A stretch of DNA of 63,944 bases, filler included, from Octopus bimaculoides (Eukaryota), in the NCBI RefSeq assembly GCF_001194135.2. It is 5 parts of 5 records of this genome, joined end to end, with 100 filler letters (N's around TTAATTAATTAA, not from the genome) between each part and the next. Parts side by side here need not be neighbours in the genome. Positions count along the whole stretch, not along the records: positions 16,917 to 38,277 come from NC_068983.1; positions 38,378 to 60,755 come from NC_068998.1; 3 more parts are not named here. One strand, given 5' to 3'. The position numbers were made by a program, and so were the translations under genes. Shown piece by piece: positions 25,763 to 39,055 of the stretch. The notes under the pieces were generated by a model. It did not search any database and had not been told where the DNA came from. It saw nothing but the letters and a program-made list of their open reading frames with translations. Within the stretch, counting starts at the first letter, position 1, and every line of letters starts with the position of its first letter.

Positions 25763-27249
25763 GTAACAACAATATACAACAGTTTTATTTTTTTTAAATT
25801 CAGTATGCGACACGATCAGTGCTAGGTACAAAACTAATGCTGCTGACACTGAATTAGGCAGCAACAGTTTTGTGTAACGATCGAGTATAGCAGCAGTACG
25901 AATAGCAGCAGCAGCAGCAGCAGCAGCAGCTGTAAGAATGAGAATAAGCTTGGCTGCGATCGTCAGCACTGATGTGTTAATGGCAAAAGGAAACCCAAGA
26001 AATATAAAGTCATAAGCATGGAGTTGAGAACTCAGTAAACGCTGAAGACTCGATCGCGGTTTGAGAGCAAACCACAACATACAAAAATGTATTTGAGGAA
26101 CTATTTCACCTTTTTGATCTTTTTATCATAAAAGGAAATGTGATGTAGAGGGTTCTAATCCTGCAATAGTTATTCGCAGAACAGAAGAACATTCGAAATG
26201 TTATTTATGAGGAATCAATATAGCAGCTCGTCCAGATAATACCTATCGGGAATAAAGTCCGATGTTCCACCAAGGAATCGGCAGAGTAAAGGGACAAAAC
26301 AGGATTAACCACATGGCTAATGTCTTTTTTTTTTTTTACCATTTCAGCAAGTGCAACAAACAGCTCTCTACTTATTTCAATATCATTAAACTAAGTCACT
26401 GAGAGAAGGACGTCTTTTGCTGAAGACAACAGAAGTAAAATATTACACGCAATAAAGCACAGAGTTTGTCACAAAGAACTCCTCAATGCCTGGCTTAGTG
26501 TCACGGGAATCAATCAACATATGTATTTGATTCGTTGAATTAATTTCAGATGCGTTTTGTCACTTTTGTTCGATACTTCTTTTGACTTCACACTTCAGAA
26601 ATGACATCAACAGCCTGCATATGACTAGTCTTTTAGAAAAATTAACTTTAGTGATCTACATTTCGAAGCAAATACCTGACAAGTACTGGGATTTATAGAA
26701 TCCTACGTAGCCTTCCCCCGAGTAAAGCTAATACAAGTAACGTACACGAATCAGAAAATTGGTTTCTGGATTCTGTATTTCATATGGAGATGTTATCTGA
26801 TGCCAAGCATGTTGCCATTAAGCGAAATTGACAGTAATGTTAAGATCCTTGTGTTGGAATAGATTGTTCAGGAGTTCCGTTTCAATTCCCACAACAACAA
26901 AAGCAATAATAACACACAGCTCTGCTGCAGATAAGTCACTATCCTATAGCTTCAATCTTTTGTATACAAAGTTTATAACAGATATAACAGATATGTAAGA
27001 ATAATTTGTCCAACTGTATGGAATCCTTGACAAGACTTCATGGACTTAGAAATGGAATTGCCGCATTGCAAAATAAGGACACTAGACTTTAAATGGAACC
27101 TATTCTGAAGAGAAAATTCGTGGACAACATTGCAACATTGTCTGAAATTTTGTGCAATGACGAGAAAATAAATACAAGTTCTGTTGGAAATTGGAATGGT
27201 ATCTTAGAGAGACCCAGTATTTTGGGGGTCGAATTAAGTGTTTTTACGA

Positions 27250-27433
27250 ACTGACAGAATCGTTAGCGGCATTATGTCTGTCTTTACGTTTTGAGTTCAA
27301 ATTCCGCTGAGGTCGACTTTACCTTTCATCCTTTCAGAGTCGATAAAATAAGTACCAGTTGAACACTGGGGACAATGTAATAGACTTACCCCTCCTCCTA
27401 AATTGCTGGCTTTGTGCCAAAATTTGAAATCAA
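27250..27433 (+). mobile_element. SINE family A copy (internal deletion near the 5' end)
   Basis: GAGTTCAAATTCC B box and the conserved CCTTTCATCC..GTCGATAAAATAAGTACCAGT core shared with copies at 31.0, 31.3, 34.1 and 56.9 kb. Confidence 0.9.
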
Positions 27434-27874
27434 TGTTTGGCTTTAGGAGGAGAGTGTACCTCCGAATCAGGAACAGAAGTCGATTTTGTGGAAGTATAGT
27501 GTTAATGTGAAAGCAAATATTTCTTACGAGAATTTGGACAGAAAGTGTTTCACTGAGGAGAATGTTTATTTGGAGTAGGAGAGTGAAAATAAGGCATTTG
27601 AAGGACAGAGAGAGCAGAGGCAAAATTGATACAAAGAGAATGGTTGGACAGAGGTTGTTGAAAGTGTTGCATGTTCTGTGGTGTAGATATCACTGTACTA
27701 ACCTTAGAAGAGACAAATGGTAGAATGTCTGATATAGTTTCATAGGTAACGCGTGATACGTAATACGTAAGCCGGAAACCGATGAACTGTTGTGTTAGAA
27801 TTTACTTTATGATGATTGTGAATATTTCGAAACGTTATTCTTGCAAATATTTTATAATGTTTTGAACGTGTTAA

Positions 27875-28021
27875 CCCATTAAGTCCCATTTCCTGTAAAT
27901 AGGACACTAAATGAAGTAAAGGAGTTTTAATAATTATTTTTTTCATTTTAACCCATTTTCAATTATCTTAAAAAATTTAAAAGTAATATTCAGAAATTTA
28001 AGTACTTTTGGACGTAATGGG
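27875..28021. mobile_element. piggyBac-type MITE (147 bp)
   Basis: TTAA|CCCATTAAGTCC ... GGACGTAATGGG|TTAA: 12-bp TIR with one mismatch, CCC/GGG ends, TTAA on both sides. Confidence 0.75.
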
Positions 28022-29790
28022 TTAAGCTGTCCTGGATGTTAGCATTTAATAGTAATTTGGAGGAAACCTGATGTATAAAACTAAATTATGTCTTCCTTTG
28101 AATTATTTCACATCCAATTCCAGGTGAAGGACCTAATCATGATTAAATTTAAACTAGAAAATGACAGTTGGTGATATTTTCGTCTCGGAAAGATAAAATA
28201 TAAAATGTACTGCGAAGTTCTAAGTGAAATAATCCAGGTCGATAACCGGACGAAACTCAGAAAAGTGAAACCGAAGAGTATTTTGGTTTGCATTTCTCTT
28301 GTTAGGAAAACATCTTACAATAGATCTGGCATCTATCTAAAAAGGAAATGTGTATGTGATGCATTGAAGGGAAAGAGATAAATATCAATCCTGTTATGGA
28401 TTAATATTAGCTTATCTGTGATTATTTCGTAGATCACAACCCTTTAATTAGCATGGTGATACTTTCGAAAAGGAGTTTAGAAAATAATTATAGCTGAGAT
28501 TTTTCTTACATGAGAATTAATGGCGTCATTTTGGTTTATTGTTTATTCTTTATACATTGTATAAAACTTCGAAAGAAAAGTCGGAAAATATATAAGTGTA
28601 TATTAACTCGCTTTCTCTTGTCACCGAATATAAAATTAATAGGTAGAAATAAAAGATGGGAATCTTTACTTGTAAACGAAACTGAACGTGCAATTTAAAT
28701 CATGGCGGGCATTGCTAAATATTTATCCTTTTCCTCTAAACTGTTGCTCCCTGCTTGGTATATTATGTTAGCTGGCCGCCGTGTGGCATACTTTCAAACG
28801 ATATTTTAGTATCAGATATTAATCTGGTCATGAAAAATATCTGTTTTGATATTAAACATATAGAATAATGGTTCAGATCCATAATTTGTTTAAAACTGAA
28901 GTTTCAAATTTCCCATAAAACGAAAATCGGGAATATTTACAACTTTTAAAATCTGAAGATATTCATGAATAAAGGAGGAGATGCTTGAGTAAAAAAAAAA
29001 AAAGAAACAAAACAAAAAGAAATGAAAATTATTTCTCAAAACCAGTTTTTGCATTGTTGAAACCATCTTCCAACGTGTTCACTATTTCGTTCGAAAATAA
29101 TTTTTAATAATTATAATTTAATATAGAACTTTGCTACGAAATCGTGTTGACGATATGACTATAGTTTATTTCCTGCTGAAAATTGAATCCAAGCCATATA
29201 ATTACAAAGTAAGAATTATGTAAGAGCGGCTCTCTTGAACAAATTAATGATCGGTGATAATTACACATACAGTACAAGAAGAAAAAAAACCCCCTGAAAA
29301 CTGAAAAACTGTAATGTACCTGAAAACAATGTGTTTTATAAATGATACAGTGAAGAGAGTTTGTGGCATTTTAGCTTTTATTACAGGGATATGTCGAACA
29401 TATTAAGCTGTAGGAGTAAATCTGGCAGGATTAAATACATAACCAGTTTACAGGTTAGATGAGAGGTCTGAAACATTGCAACTCTAGTAATTTTGTATTA
29501 TGGAGATGCAATCCTTTTACGTTATGTTGGATTAACCAACAGTTAAAGCATTATGTAATAAATGGTGCTGTTAGGATTGGTTCAACTGAAAAAAAAATGT
29601 TCAAGACGAATGGCGGCTTAAAAACGAATTAGTAAAACAAATCAAACGAATACGAGATTAATCATGATTAATCATTTATTTTCCTGATTTCATGGTATTA
29701 TATTAATGTATCGTATGCTATATGAAACCTCCAGGAATAAAGTGACGTATATATATATAGCATATATTATTTTATATTATGATAAATTAC

Positions 29791-29863
<73 letters not shown>

Positions 29864-30719
29864 TGTAATTTTAAACATTAAATCTAAGCAGTTAAGATAT
29901 ATTATCACAGTGATGTATTTTAGATACATTTGTTTTATGTTGATCAAAATCATTTCGAAATACTGTTACAATTGAATTAGTTTTTGTATTCCTATATTCT
30001 AAAGTCCTGCGATATTGATTATTAATCTCCATAGAACCGAATGATTATTTATTGTACATGGTAGGAACACATTAATCAATATAATATTGATTTCAAAGTA
30101 AACATTGATATGTAGATGAGAAAAATTTACATAGCTGTAGACCTAGGTAGTGTTTTGAATGTTTCGTTAATTTCTTAGATGTGCACAAATTTGATTAAAA
30201 GGCAAATCTGCAGGGAGGATTTGGTGAGATGATTTGATAAGAGCTTTGGACATGCTTTGGCAGTGAGAAATATAAAATAAAATGAACGTATTGACAGCAA
30301 ACCCCCGAGACTAAAGTAGCTTTCATGCTTAATAGCTTACTTGAGAGAGTGTCTTATTTGGATGATATATACAACAATGAAAAGCCTTAGAATATCAATT
30401 ATTTATGACTTTCAACGACATAAAAACACTTTTTGTAGGAAGGGGCCATAGTCTATCTATAGTTTTTAGTGTACTTTATTTATGATAGCTATTTCATGGA
30501 CCCTTGAGGGATAAAAGTAGAAAAGATAATGACTGCTTTGTAGAATATTTGCAGTGGCTCTAATTAAATATGCTGCAATTAATTTAATTTGGTCATAGGA
30601 TGTCTGAGTAATATTCAACATTCTGAATATTAATTTAGACTGCTGAATATTGATCAGAGAATAGAACTTTAGATTATCACTGACTGGCACTTTGCCGGTT
30701 ACGAAGACATGAGTTCCAG

Positions 30720-30998
30720 GTGATCCAAGCAAGGGAACAGCCTGTTCATGATATTAATGTGCAAGTGACTCAGCACTCCACAGACACGCATACCCTTAAT
30801 GTATTTCTGAGAGATATTCAACGCGACACAGAATGGGACAATGCTGACTCTTCGAATTACAGGTACGTCTCACTTTTCGCAGTTCAGTGGACTGCAGCAA
30901 CAGGAAATAGACTATCTTGGTAAAAAGTACAACGCGCCGCCGTGCATCGAACTCACAACCTTAAGTTCTTGAGCCCAAACCGTAACCACTATGCCACA
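30720..30998 (-). mobile_element. tRNA-derived SINE related to 13791-14172
   Basis: Shared GGAACAGCCTG..CAGCACTCCACAGACACG..TTCGAATTACAGG body. B-box-like AGTTCGATGC on the minus strand. Confidence 0.8.
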
Positions 30999-31020
30999 CA
31001 TCTTCACGGATTATTTTTAT

Positions 31021-31234
31021 ATTCTTTTCTACTTTAGACACAAAGCTCAAAATTTTGGGGGAAGGTGCCAGTCGATTAGATCTACCCCAGTATGCAACTG
31101 GTACTTAATTTATCGAACCCGAAAGGATGAAAGGTAAAGTCGACCTCGGCGGAATTTGAACTTAGAACGTAAAGACAGACGAAATAGCGCTAAGCATTTC
31201 GCCTCGCGTGTTAAAAATTCTGCTAGCTGACCCC
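31021..31234 (-). mobile_element. SINE family A copy
   Basis: Reverse complement of the 27250 family. Confidence 0.9.
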
Positions 31235-31267
31235 CATGTGTGTCTGAATACTAACTTCACATATATT

Positions 31268-31477
31268 TATTTCTTTATTGCCCACAAGGGGCAAAACATA
31301 GAGGGGAGAAACATGGACAGCAAAGGGATTAAGTCGATTACATCGACCCCAGTGCGTAACTGGTACTTAATTTATCGACCCCGAAAGGATGCGGAATTTG
31401 AACTCAGAACGTAAGGGCAGACGAAATATCGCCAAGCATTTCGCCCGGTGTGCAAACGATTCTGTAGGCTCACCGCC
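31268..31477 (-). mobile_element. SINE family A copy with a different 3' tail and an internal deletion
   Basis: Same head and core. Lacks AAAGGTAAAGTCGACCTCG present in the 31021 copy. Confidence 0.88.
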
Positions 31478-32204
31478 TTAGTAACTTCACATATTACTTG
31501 AAAAACAACCTATTTACAATCAAAATATTTCATATTTGGTGAACATCAAGATTTTATATGAACTGGCTCTAGCTATTTCTTCTTGGCAGTTTGTTGAGTT
31601 TGTTATTTTAGAGAAACCGTCACTGATATTCATTTAGAAAGCATATTAACATCAATATTCTGCATACATATATATGATGACCGCAAACGCGGTCATCATA
31701 TCATGTAAAAAAATTGATATAATATGCTTCATAAATTTAGAAGAAAGGTTATTCAAATGTACAAACTACACAGAAAAACGCTTAGTTCTGAGTACCTTCA
31801 CGTTAAACAGACGATGTATAACAGTTGGTATACTACTCAGGGCTAAACACGCAGTTTATAAGTGTAAAAATCTGTAAACTATATAAATAATTATGTTCGA
31901 CTTGAAATATACTAAAACCGAACTTGTTTGTTATATGAATTTCATTTCTGGTGTGACTAGAAAGAAAGTTTTAAGGAATTGCCGTAGGAAGAATTAAGTT
32001 TCTTACTAAGACTTATTCACTCGCCTATATTCTTACTATGTATTCCTATAAAAGTCTTACTTTCAATAACTATTCTTTAGCAATAATTTTTGTATGCATC
32101 TCATGAATTGAAACTGCTTTCGTTTACCACTAATAGATATTTGCACTGTTAAGTATTTATATATTTGCTAAGAGTATTCTTTCATTCATTTTTTTCGTTT
32201 ATGT

Positions 32205-32345
32205 ACTTCAGTCATTTGACCGCGGGCATGCTGGAGCAACGCCTTTTAGACGAAGAAATTGACACCAGGGCTTATTCTTTGCAAACCTAGTACTTATTCT
32301 ATCGGTCTCTTTTGCCGAACCGCTAGTTACGGGGACGTAAACACA
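32205..32345 (-). mobile_element. SINE family B 3' half, adjoining (CA)n and a gap
   Basis: Reverse complement of 33231-33414. Confidence 0.85.
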
Positions 32346-32966
32346 GAATACAAACATATACATATACATACATACACGCATACACACACACACACACACA
32401 CANNNNNNNNNNNNNNNNNNNNNNNNNNNNNNNNNNNNNNNNNNNNNNNNNNNNNNNNNNNNNNNNNNNNNNNNNNNNNNNNNNNNNNNNNNNNNNNNNN
32501 NNNNNNNNNNNNNNNNNNNNNNNNNNNNNNNNNNNNNNNNNNNNNNNNNNNNNNNNNNNNNNNNNNNNNNNNNNNNNNNNNNNNNNNNNNNNNNNNNNNN
32601 NNNNNNNNNNNNNNNNNNNNNNNNNNNNNNNNNNNNNNNNNNNNNNNNNNNNNNNNNNNNNNNNNNNNNNNNNNNNNNNNNNNNNNNNNNNNNNNNNNNN
32701 NNNNNNNNNNNNNNNNNNNNNNNNNNNNNNNNNNNNNNNNNNNNNNNNNNNNNNNNNNNNNNNNNNNNNNNNNNNNNNNNNNNNNNNNNNNNNNNNNNNN
32801 NNNNNNNNNNNNNNNNNNNNNNNNNNNNNNNNNNNNNNNNNTTTAAAAGATTAAATGTGGTACTTAAAATGTTTGAGGCACCAGAATTTGGTAGGATAAA
32901 AAACAAAAACAAAATCAAGAGATTTGGTGAATAAAATTTGAAGTTAAGCAACAAAAATTCAATAGG

Positions 32967-33027
32967 TTATAGCAGTACGTACGTTTCGTACAAGCTCCAT
33001 TTATTTATGTACTCCTCAGCTGCATAA
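32967..33027 (-). ncRNA. Type I hammerhead ribozyme, intact core (left member of an inverted pair)
   Basis: Minus strand: TTATGCAG-CTGAGGA-GTACA-(15 nt)-TGTAC-GAA-ACGTACGT-A-CTGC-T-ATAA. Cleavage triplet GUA. Confidence 0.85.
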
Positions 33028-33050
33028 TGGAATTTCATTTAGAAATTCCA

Positions 33051-33145
33051 TTATGCAGCTGAGGAGTACATTTTCATTGTACATTCTGTGGTGTTCTCAC
33101 TACATGAGTAAACGGAGCTTGTACGAAACGTACGTACTGCTATAA
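33051..33145 (+). ncRNA. Type I hammerhead ribozyme, intact core, long stem II (right member of an inverted pair)
   Basis: TTATGCAG 33051-58, CTGAGGA 33059-65, GTACA 33066-70 / TGTAC 33120-24, GAAA 33125-28, ACGTACGT 33128-35, A17 = 33136, CTGC-T-ATAA 33137-45. Confidence 0.85.
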
Positions 33146-33176
33146 CCTATTGAATTTTTGTTGCTTATCTTAAAAA

Positions 33177-33228
<52 letters not shown>

Positions 33229-33230
33229 GT

Positions 33231-33414
33231 GTGTCTGTGTTTGTCCCCCCAAAATCGCTTGACAACCGAAGCTGTTGTATTTACGTCCCCTTTATCTAGC
33301 GGCTCGGTATGAGAGACCGATAGAATAAGTACTAGGCTTACAAAGAATAAGTCCTGGGGTCGATTTGCTGTGCTCCAGCATGGCCGCAGTCAAATGACTG
33401 AAACAACTAAAAGA
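33231..33414 (+). mobile_element. SINE family B 3' half preceded by (TA)n/(TG)n
   Basis: GAGACCGATAGAATAAGTACTAGGC..GTCCTGGGGTCGATTTG..GCTCCAGCATGGCCGCAGTCAAATGACTGAAAC. Homologues at 32205, 60565 and 62291. Confidence 0.9.
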
Positions 33415-33429
33415 ACACATATATATACT

Positions 33430-33588
33430 CAAGCTTCTTTCAGTTTCCGTCTACCAAATCCACTCAAAAGGTTTGGGTTGGCCCGAGGTTATAAGTAGAA
33501 GACACTTGCCCAAGTTACCACGCAGTGAGACTGAACCCGGAACCATGTGGTTGGTAAGCATGATACTTACCACACAGCCACTCCTGCG
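33430..33588 (-). mobile_element. tRNA-derived SINE head
   Basis: Reverse complement of the 20607-20766 family. Confidence 0.88.
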
Positions 33589-33873
33589 TACAGTAATTTT
33601 TCTAACATTATGACAAGCTCGTAAAACCAACTCGTCGTCACTCTATACAAAAACGCATTTATGCTCCCTTTAGTTCATCTGCTTTGGTAGGTCTTGTTTT
33701 CCACCTCCCATGGTCTCCAAAATCACTATGCTGGTCTCCTATGGCGCTAATTCAGTTTACAACAATTCAAAACGAAGAATTGGTTGTAGCGAGTCACATG
33801 GTACCAGCAGCATCACACACAACCTAAGAACAATATGTGTGTCTGCGTGTGAACGCGCGCCTGTATGTCTTCG

Positions 33874-33921
<48 letters not shown>

Positions 33922-34069
33922 TGTGTGTGTCTGTGTGTGTGCATCTATGTACACACGCATATATACATTTCTCAAACTCGTAACCACACTTTGGTGGAAG
34001 TAAAGATCGGATTTCAATTCGAAGAAAAGACACAGAATAAAACATCAGAAATTGATCACAAATGAAAAT

Positions 34070-34276
34070 ATAAGTTTCAAAATCTTGGCACAAGGCCAAC
34101 AAATTCGAGGGAGGGAATAAGTCGATAACATCAACCCCAGAGCTCAACTGGTACTTATTTTATCGACTCCGAAAAAATGAAAGGCAAAGTCGACATCGGC
34201 AGAATTTGAACACAGAACGTAAAAACAGACAAAATGCCGCTGAATATTTTTCCCGGTGTGCTAACGATTCTGCCAA
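34070..34276 (-). mobile_element. SINE family A copy
   Basis: Same core as 31021-31234. Confidence 0.88.
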
Positions 34277-35210
34277 TATTAAAAGACTGTTTGAATAGAA
34301 GCACTTTCTGTGCCATTGTCTGCAGGTCTTCTAAAGTTTTCATTTGCATATCAATAAATAATGGAGGAGCACCACCAACACCATATTGATTCCTGCTGAT
34401 AATGATCACAAATTTGTTTTCCATCGATTAAACAAAGGTAATTTGTTATCCGGCAAAATCGAAAAGTTATCATTACTGATGTCTCTGGAGATAATAAATA
34501 TACAAGATTCTACGTATATACAGCTAACACTCACGTGTATATATATGCAGGCGTACATGTGGCAATGTATGTATGTATATGAATATGTATATGCATATAT
34601 GTACATATGTGTATGTATGCACGTATGTAAGTATGTATGTATGTGTGTGTGAGAAAAACCATATAAGAATTAGAATTATTTCGGAAAGTAATTAGCATAT
34701 AGGCAAATGCATTTTGCATATTAAAACACTAACACGCTCCCCCCGCCACATATATATATATATGGGTGTATATGTGCGTGTATGTGTATTAGTGTTCTTA
34801 GTATGCAAACATATATTTGCCTATATGCTAATTATATATCTAATTCAAATGTTTAACGGGAAGCGAACTAAAATTCCTATTCATTAATATTTAGATATTC
34901 ACATTGATAAAGAAACACTTCATTTGGATATCTTTCTTAAAGACACAACGCTACTTCGCCATCTATCATTTCGTTGTTTTTTTGTTTTTATAAGACATTC
35001 CAATGCGCTACTGACTTTCTCAATCGCCATAGATCCTATGACATACGTACATACATGCACGCATGCGTACATACGTATATACACACATCCATCCATCCAT
35101 AACTACATGGTTTTGTATATATTCATATATATATATGCAATATGTATGCGTGAGTGTGTGTGTGTCTGTGTGTGTATGTATAAAAAAAGAAAATGGCCAT
35201 CCCGAAATAT

Positions 35211-35257
<47 letters not shown>

Positions 35258-35260
35258 TAC

Positions 35261-35800
35261 ATCATCATCATCGTCATTATCATTATCATGATTATCATCA
35301 TTTAATGTTTGTTTTCCATGCTGGCATGGGTTGAATTGTTTGACTGAAAACTGTTAAGCCGAGGATCAGCACCAGATTCTGATCTGATTTGGCAAGGTTT
35401 ATACAACTGGATGCCCTTCCTTACGCCAACCACTCCGAGAGTGTAGTGGGTGTCTTTCACGTGTCACCAGCACGGGTGCTATTGACCTGGCACCACCATC
35501 GGCCACGACTACGGTCTCACCTGGCTTGACAGGTCTACACAAGCACGGTATACCGTGAAAGATCTTGGTCATGTGTCACTACCCCCATGAGGCCCAACGC
35601 TTGAACGCAGCTTTTTACGTGCCATCGGCACGGGTGCCGGTCAGACATCACTAGTATCGGCCACGACTACGATTTCACTCGGTTCGACAGTTCTTCACAG
35701 GCACAACGTATCGCCCAACGTTTGAAGGGTACTTTTTGCGTGGTAGTTACGTGACATTGGCATCGGCCACGATCTCCCATGGCTTCACAGGTCTTCTCAT
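35261..35800 (-). mobile_element. Non-autonomous retroelement with RTE-like 3' tail and internal tandem sub-repeats
   Basis: Minus strand ends ...CCCATGCCAGCATGGAAAAC..TTAAATGATGAT.. with an (ATG)n tail. GGATGCCCTTCC..CGCCAACC motif. ATCGGCCACGA repeated at 35498, 35656 and 35762. Confidence 0.72.
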
Positions 35801-36312
35801 CTTCTCAACAAGATACACACACAGATCGAAATAATTGCCCCGGATGGAATTATCTTCTGCATTTTCCCTCGTTATTTGTATTCTACATAATCACATATGT
35901 TCATATTCTTTAGAGGTCAACCGTTAGCGCTGTGGTCTTTTTTTATTCTTCAGCATATCCTCCACAATTATAATTTCGTAGTACCGAATGAATATATTTA
36001 GACAAATTCTTTAAAAATGACTCTGACTTACCCGGAGAATTTCTTTACTCAAATAATGACCGATGAAAGAAAAAAGTGCAGCGCTCAAATGAAATAGGGA
36101 CACAATTTGATGAGGATGGAAGTAGTATTATTGGCAGATATGTGCATACAAAGATGTGAGAGTTCATGATATATATATATACACACATATGTGTGTATGT
36201 ATACATGTATTCATATATGTACGTACGTATATGTTTGCATACATACATATACATGTATATACATATACATGTATATACATATATATATATATATATATGC
36301 ATATGACACTCC

Positions 36313-36358
<46 letters not shown>

Positions 36359-36361
<3 letters not shown>

Positions 36362-37612
36362 GAAGTCATTAAGAATGAAATGACAACTTTCTTATGTACA
36401 GCCGTTAACTCTAATGTTTTGTCCTGACAATTCTTTGTTTTAAAACATTGAAGAGTTACATCATCACTTTTTGAAATGTAATTTATAGTGTTTGATTATA
36501 TTGTGAGATTTCTCTTGTAAATTATTTTTTGTGAACAAATGCATAGATAAAAAAATTCGCGTTGTTTATGAATATGAACTCCGTCGTGGAACCAATGCAC
36601 CCCAGAGAGCTCGAAACATCCATGACGTGTTTGATGAAGATGTGGTGAATGAGCGCACTGTGCAGCGATGGTTTGAGAAGTTCCGGTTTGGTGACTTTAC
36701 TCTGGAAAAAAATCAGCCCCGTGGTAGACCTGAGAACAAGGTGGATAATGATAAGATGGAAACTGTAGTGGAAGCGGATACATCTCAAACTACGCGTTTG
36801 ATGTAGTTTGATGTTTCGATTCCAACTGTATTCGACCATCTGAAACAAATCGGTAAGATAAAGAAACTGGACAAGTAGGTACCACACAAACAGAATGAGC
36901 ATCAAATGATACGTCGTCTTAAAACTTGCTGTTCTTTGTTGTCGTCGCGTAAAAGCGAACCATTTTTGCATCATATTGTTACGTGTGATGAAAAATGAAT
37001 TCTTATCAACAATAGCAAGCGTTCTGCTTTGTCGTTGGATAGAAACGAAATGCTAAAACACAATCCAAAATAGAATATTCAGCAAAAAAGCTAATGGTGT
37101 CTGTTTGGTGGTTCAGTGCTGGTGTCATCCATTACTGCTTCATAAGACCTGCTAAGTCAATTGCAGCGGATACGTACATCAACCAATTGGATGAAATTAT
37201 GAGTGAACTTGCAATTAAACAACCAAGATTGGTCAATAGAGGCAGGCAAGACAATGCTTCACAATACGTTACACAAAGAGCTCTACTAAAGTTACAGGAA
37301 CTGAACTTGGAAGTACTCTGTCATCCACCATATCCACCAGACCTTGCACCAACTGACTATTATGCCCTCCAGGCATTAGACAACATTTTGCAAGAAAAAA
37401 TCTGAAGAAGATGCTAAAACATCCTTTCGTGATTTCACCACGTCTTGCTATCCAGAATTCTACACTGCTGGTATAAATAAGCTCCCGATAAAATGGCAAA
37501 ATGGTGATGATAATTTAGGTGCCTACTTTGACTGACTGCATTGCTTTTTGTTGTGATAGATTAAAATAAACTTTCAGTTCAAAATCAGACATTTCATTCT
37601 GAATGACCAGAT
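36359..37612 (+). mobile_element. Mariner transposon (full length about 1.25 kb, decayed), copy 2
   Basis: Both TIRs (GTCATTAAGAATGAAATG / CATTTCATTCTGAATGAC). HTH VNERTVQRWFEKFRFG, IVTCDEK*I, QDNAS and YPPDLAPTDY. Multiple stops and frameshifts. Confidence 0.94.
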
Positions 37613-38995
37613 GTTATATGAGATGCTAATTTCACGTTAACATTTTGAGAATCACTATTTTCTCAATTCTAAAATACAAGATATTTATACGACTATGAGT
37701 TGTTGAAACTTTGTATGCATCGAAATTAGATGCAAAGAATATTCAACCATTATGTTGCCTTGTACGGATGTAATTATAAATTGAATTTCATTAATTTTTA
37801 GTTTATTTCAAAGTTTGAATAGTATACAATGTTTCATCTTTGTAAATTATACTCACATAAATCCATACATATGATTCGTGCACACACTCACATACACACA
37901 CAGACACACAGACATATGCACATATGATTCGTGAGCACATAGACACACAAACACAGACACACAGGTATATATATATATATATATATATGAATGTGTGTGT
38001 GTGTGTATGTGTCTTTTCGAGTGTTTGTGTGTGTATGCACATCTGCTTATTAAGCTTTTACGAGACGTTTACGAAGAATAAGCTGACAGTCAAAGGCTAT
38101 TAAACGTTCTCTATTTGAATGTTTTGCGTAATCTTTCAGTTAAGTTTTAATTTATCTTTATTTATAAAATGGTCATAGATAGTAGCACATACACATACAT
38201 ACACACGTAAACACAGACACACGAAGACACACACACAGAAAAACAAACGCACACACACACACACACACATATATATANNNNNNNNNNNNNNNNNNNNNNN
38301 NNNNNNNNNNNNNNNNNNNNNTTAATTAATTAANNNNNNNNNNNNNNNNNNNNNNNNNNNNNNNNNNNNNNNNNNNNATATATATGCATATATTTATTTA
38401 TATATACATATATGTATATATTTATTTATATATATATATATGTATATATTTATTTATATAAATATATATATTTATTTATATCAGAGCTACAGCTTCTTTT
38501 TTTTTTAATCTTAATTATGATAGATTTAAATATCGCTTAATTTACTGCAGTACCGTTGGGTGTCTTGGTGGACTTGCGGGTAGAGACTTAATTAGACATT
38601 GAACATCCTGTACATGGATCAATTCTACCCAAAGCCTGCACCCAGGATCTTACTAAAATTTTTCATTTTTTTTTTAATCTCTAGAGATAATGTATGTATA
38701 TGTATGAGTGTGTGTATATTACCTCTGGTCTTGCGGTTGCTGATGCTACTACTACTACGACTACTACTTTTATATTTAAGTCTTTATTCCTGCGTAGATG
38801 CGTTGAGTACTTTCGTCAATACTTCTTGATTTTTATAACTTTGTAATTTAACAATCTTAACATTAACGTTTACACACACACACACACATCCAACTCACAT
38901 GCGCACAGGAATAGATTGACTGGAATATATACATATGCTTATGTGTGTGTGTGTTTGTGTGTGTGTATGTATATATATATATATGCTTTTGTGTG

Positions 38996-39055
<60 letters not shown>

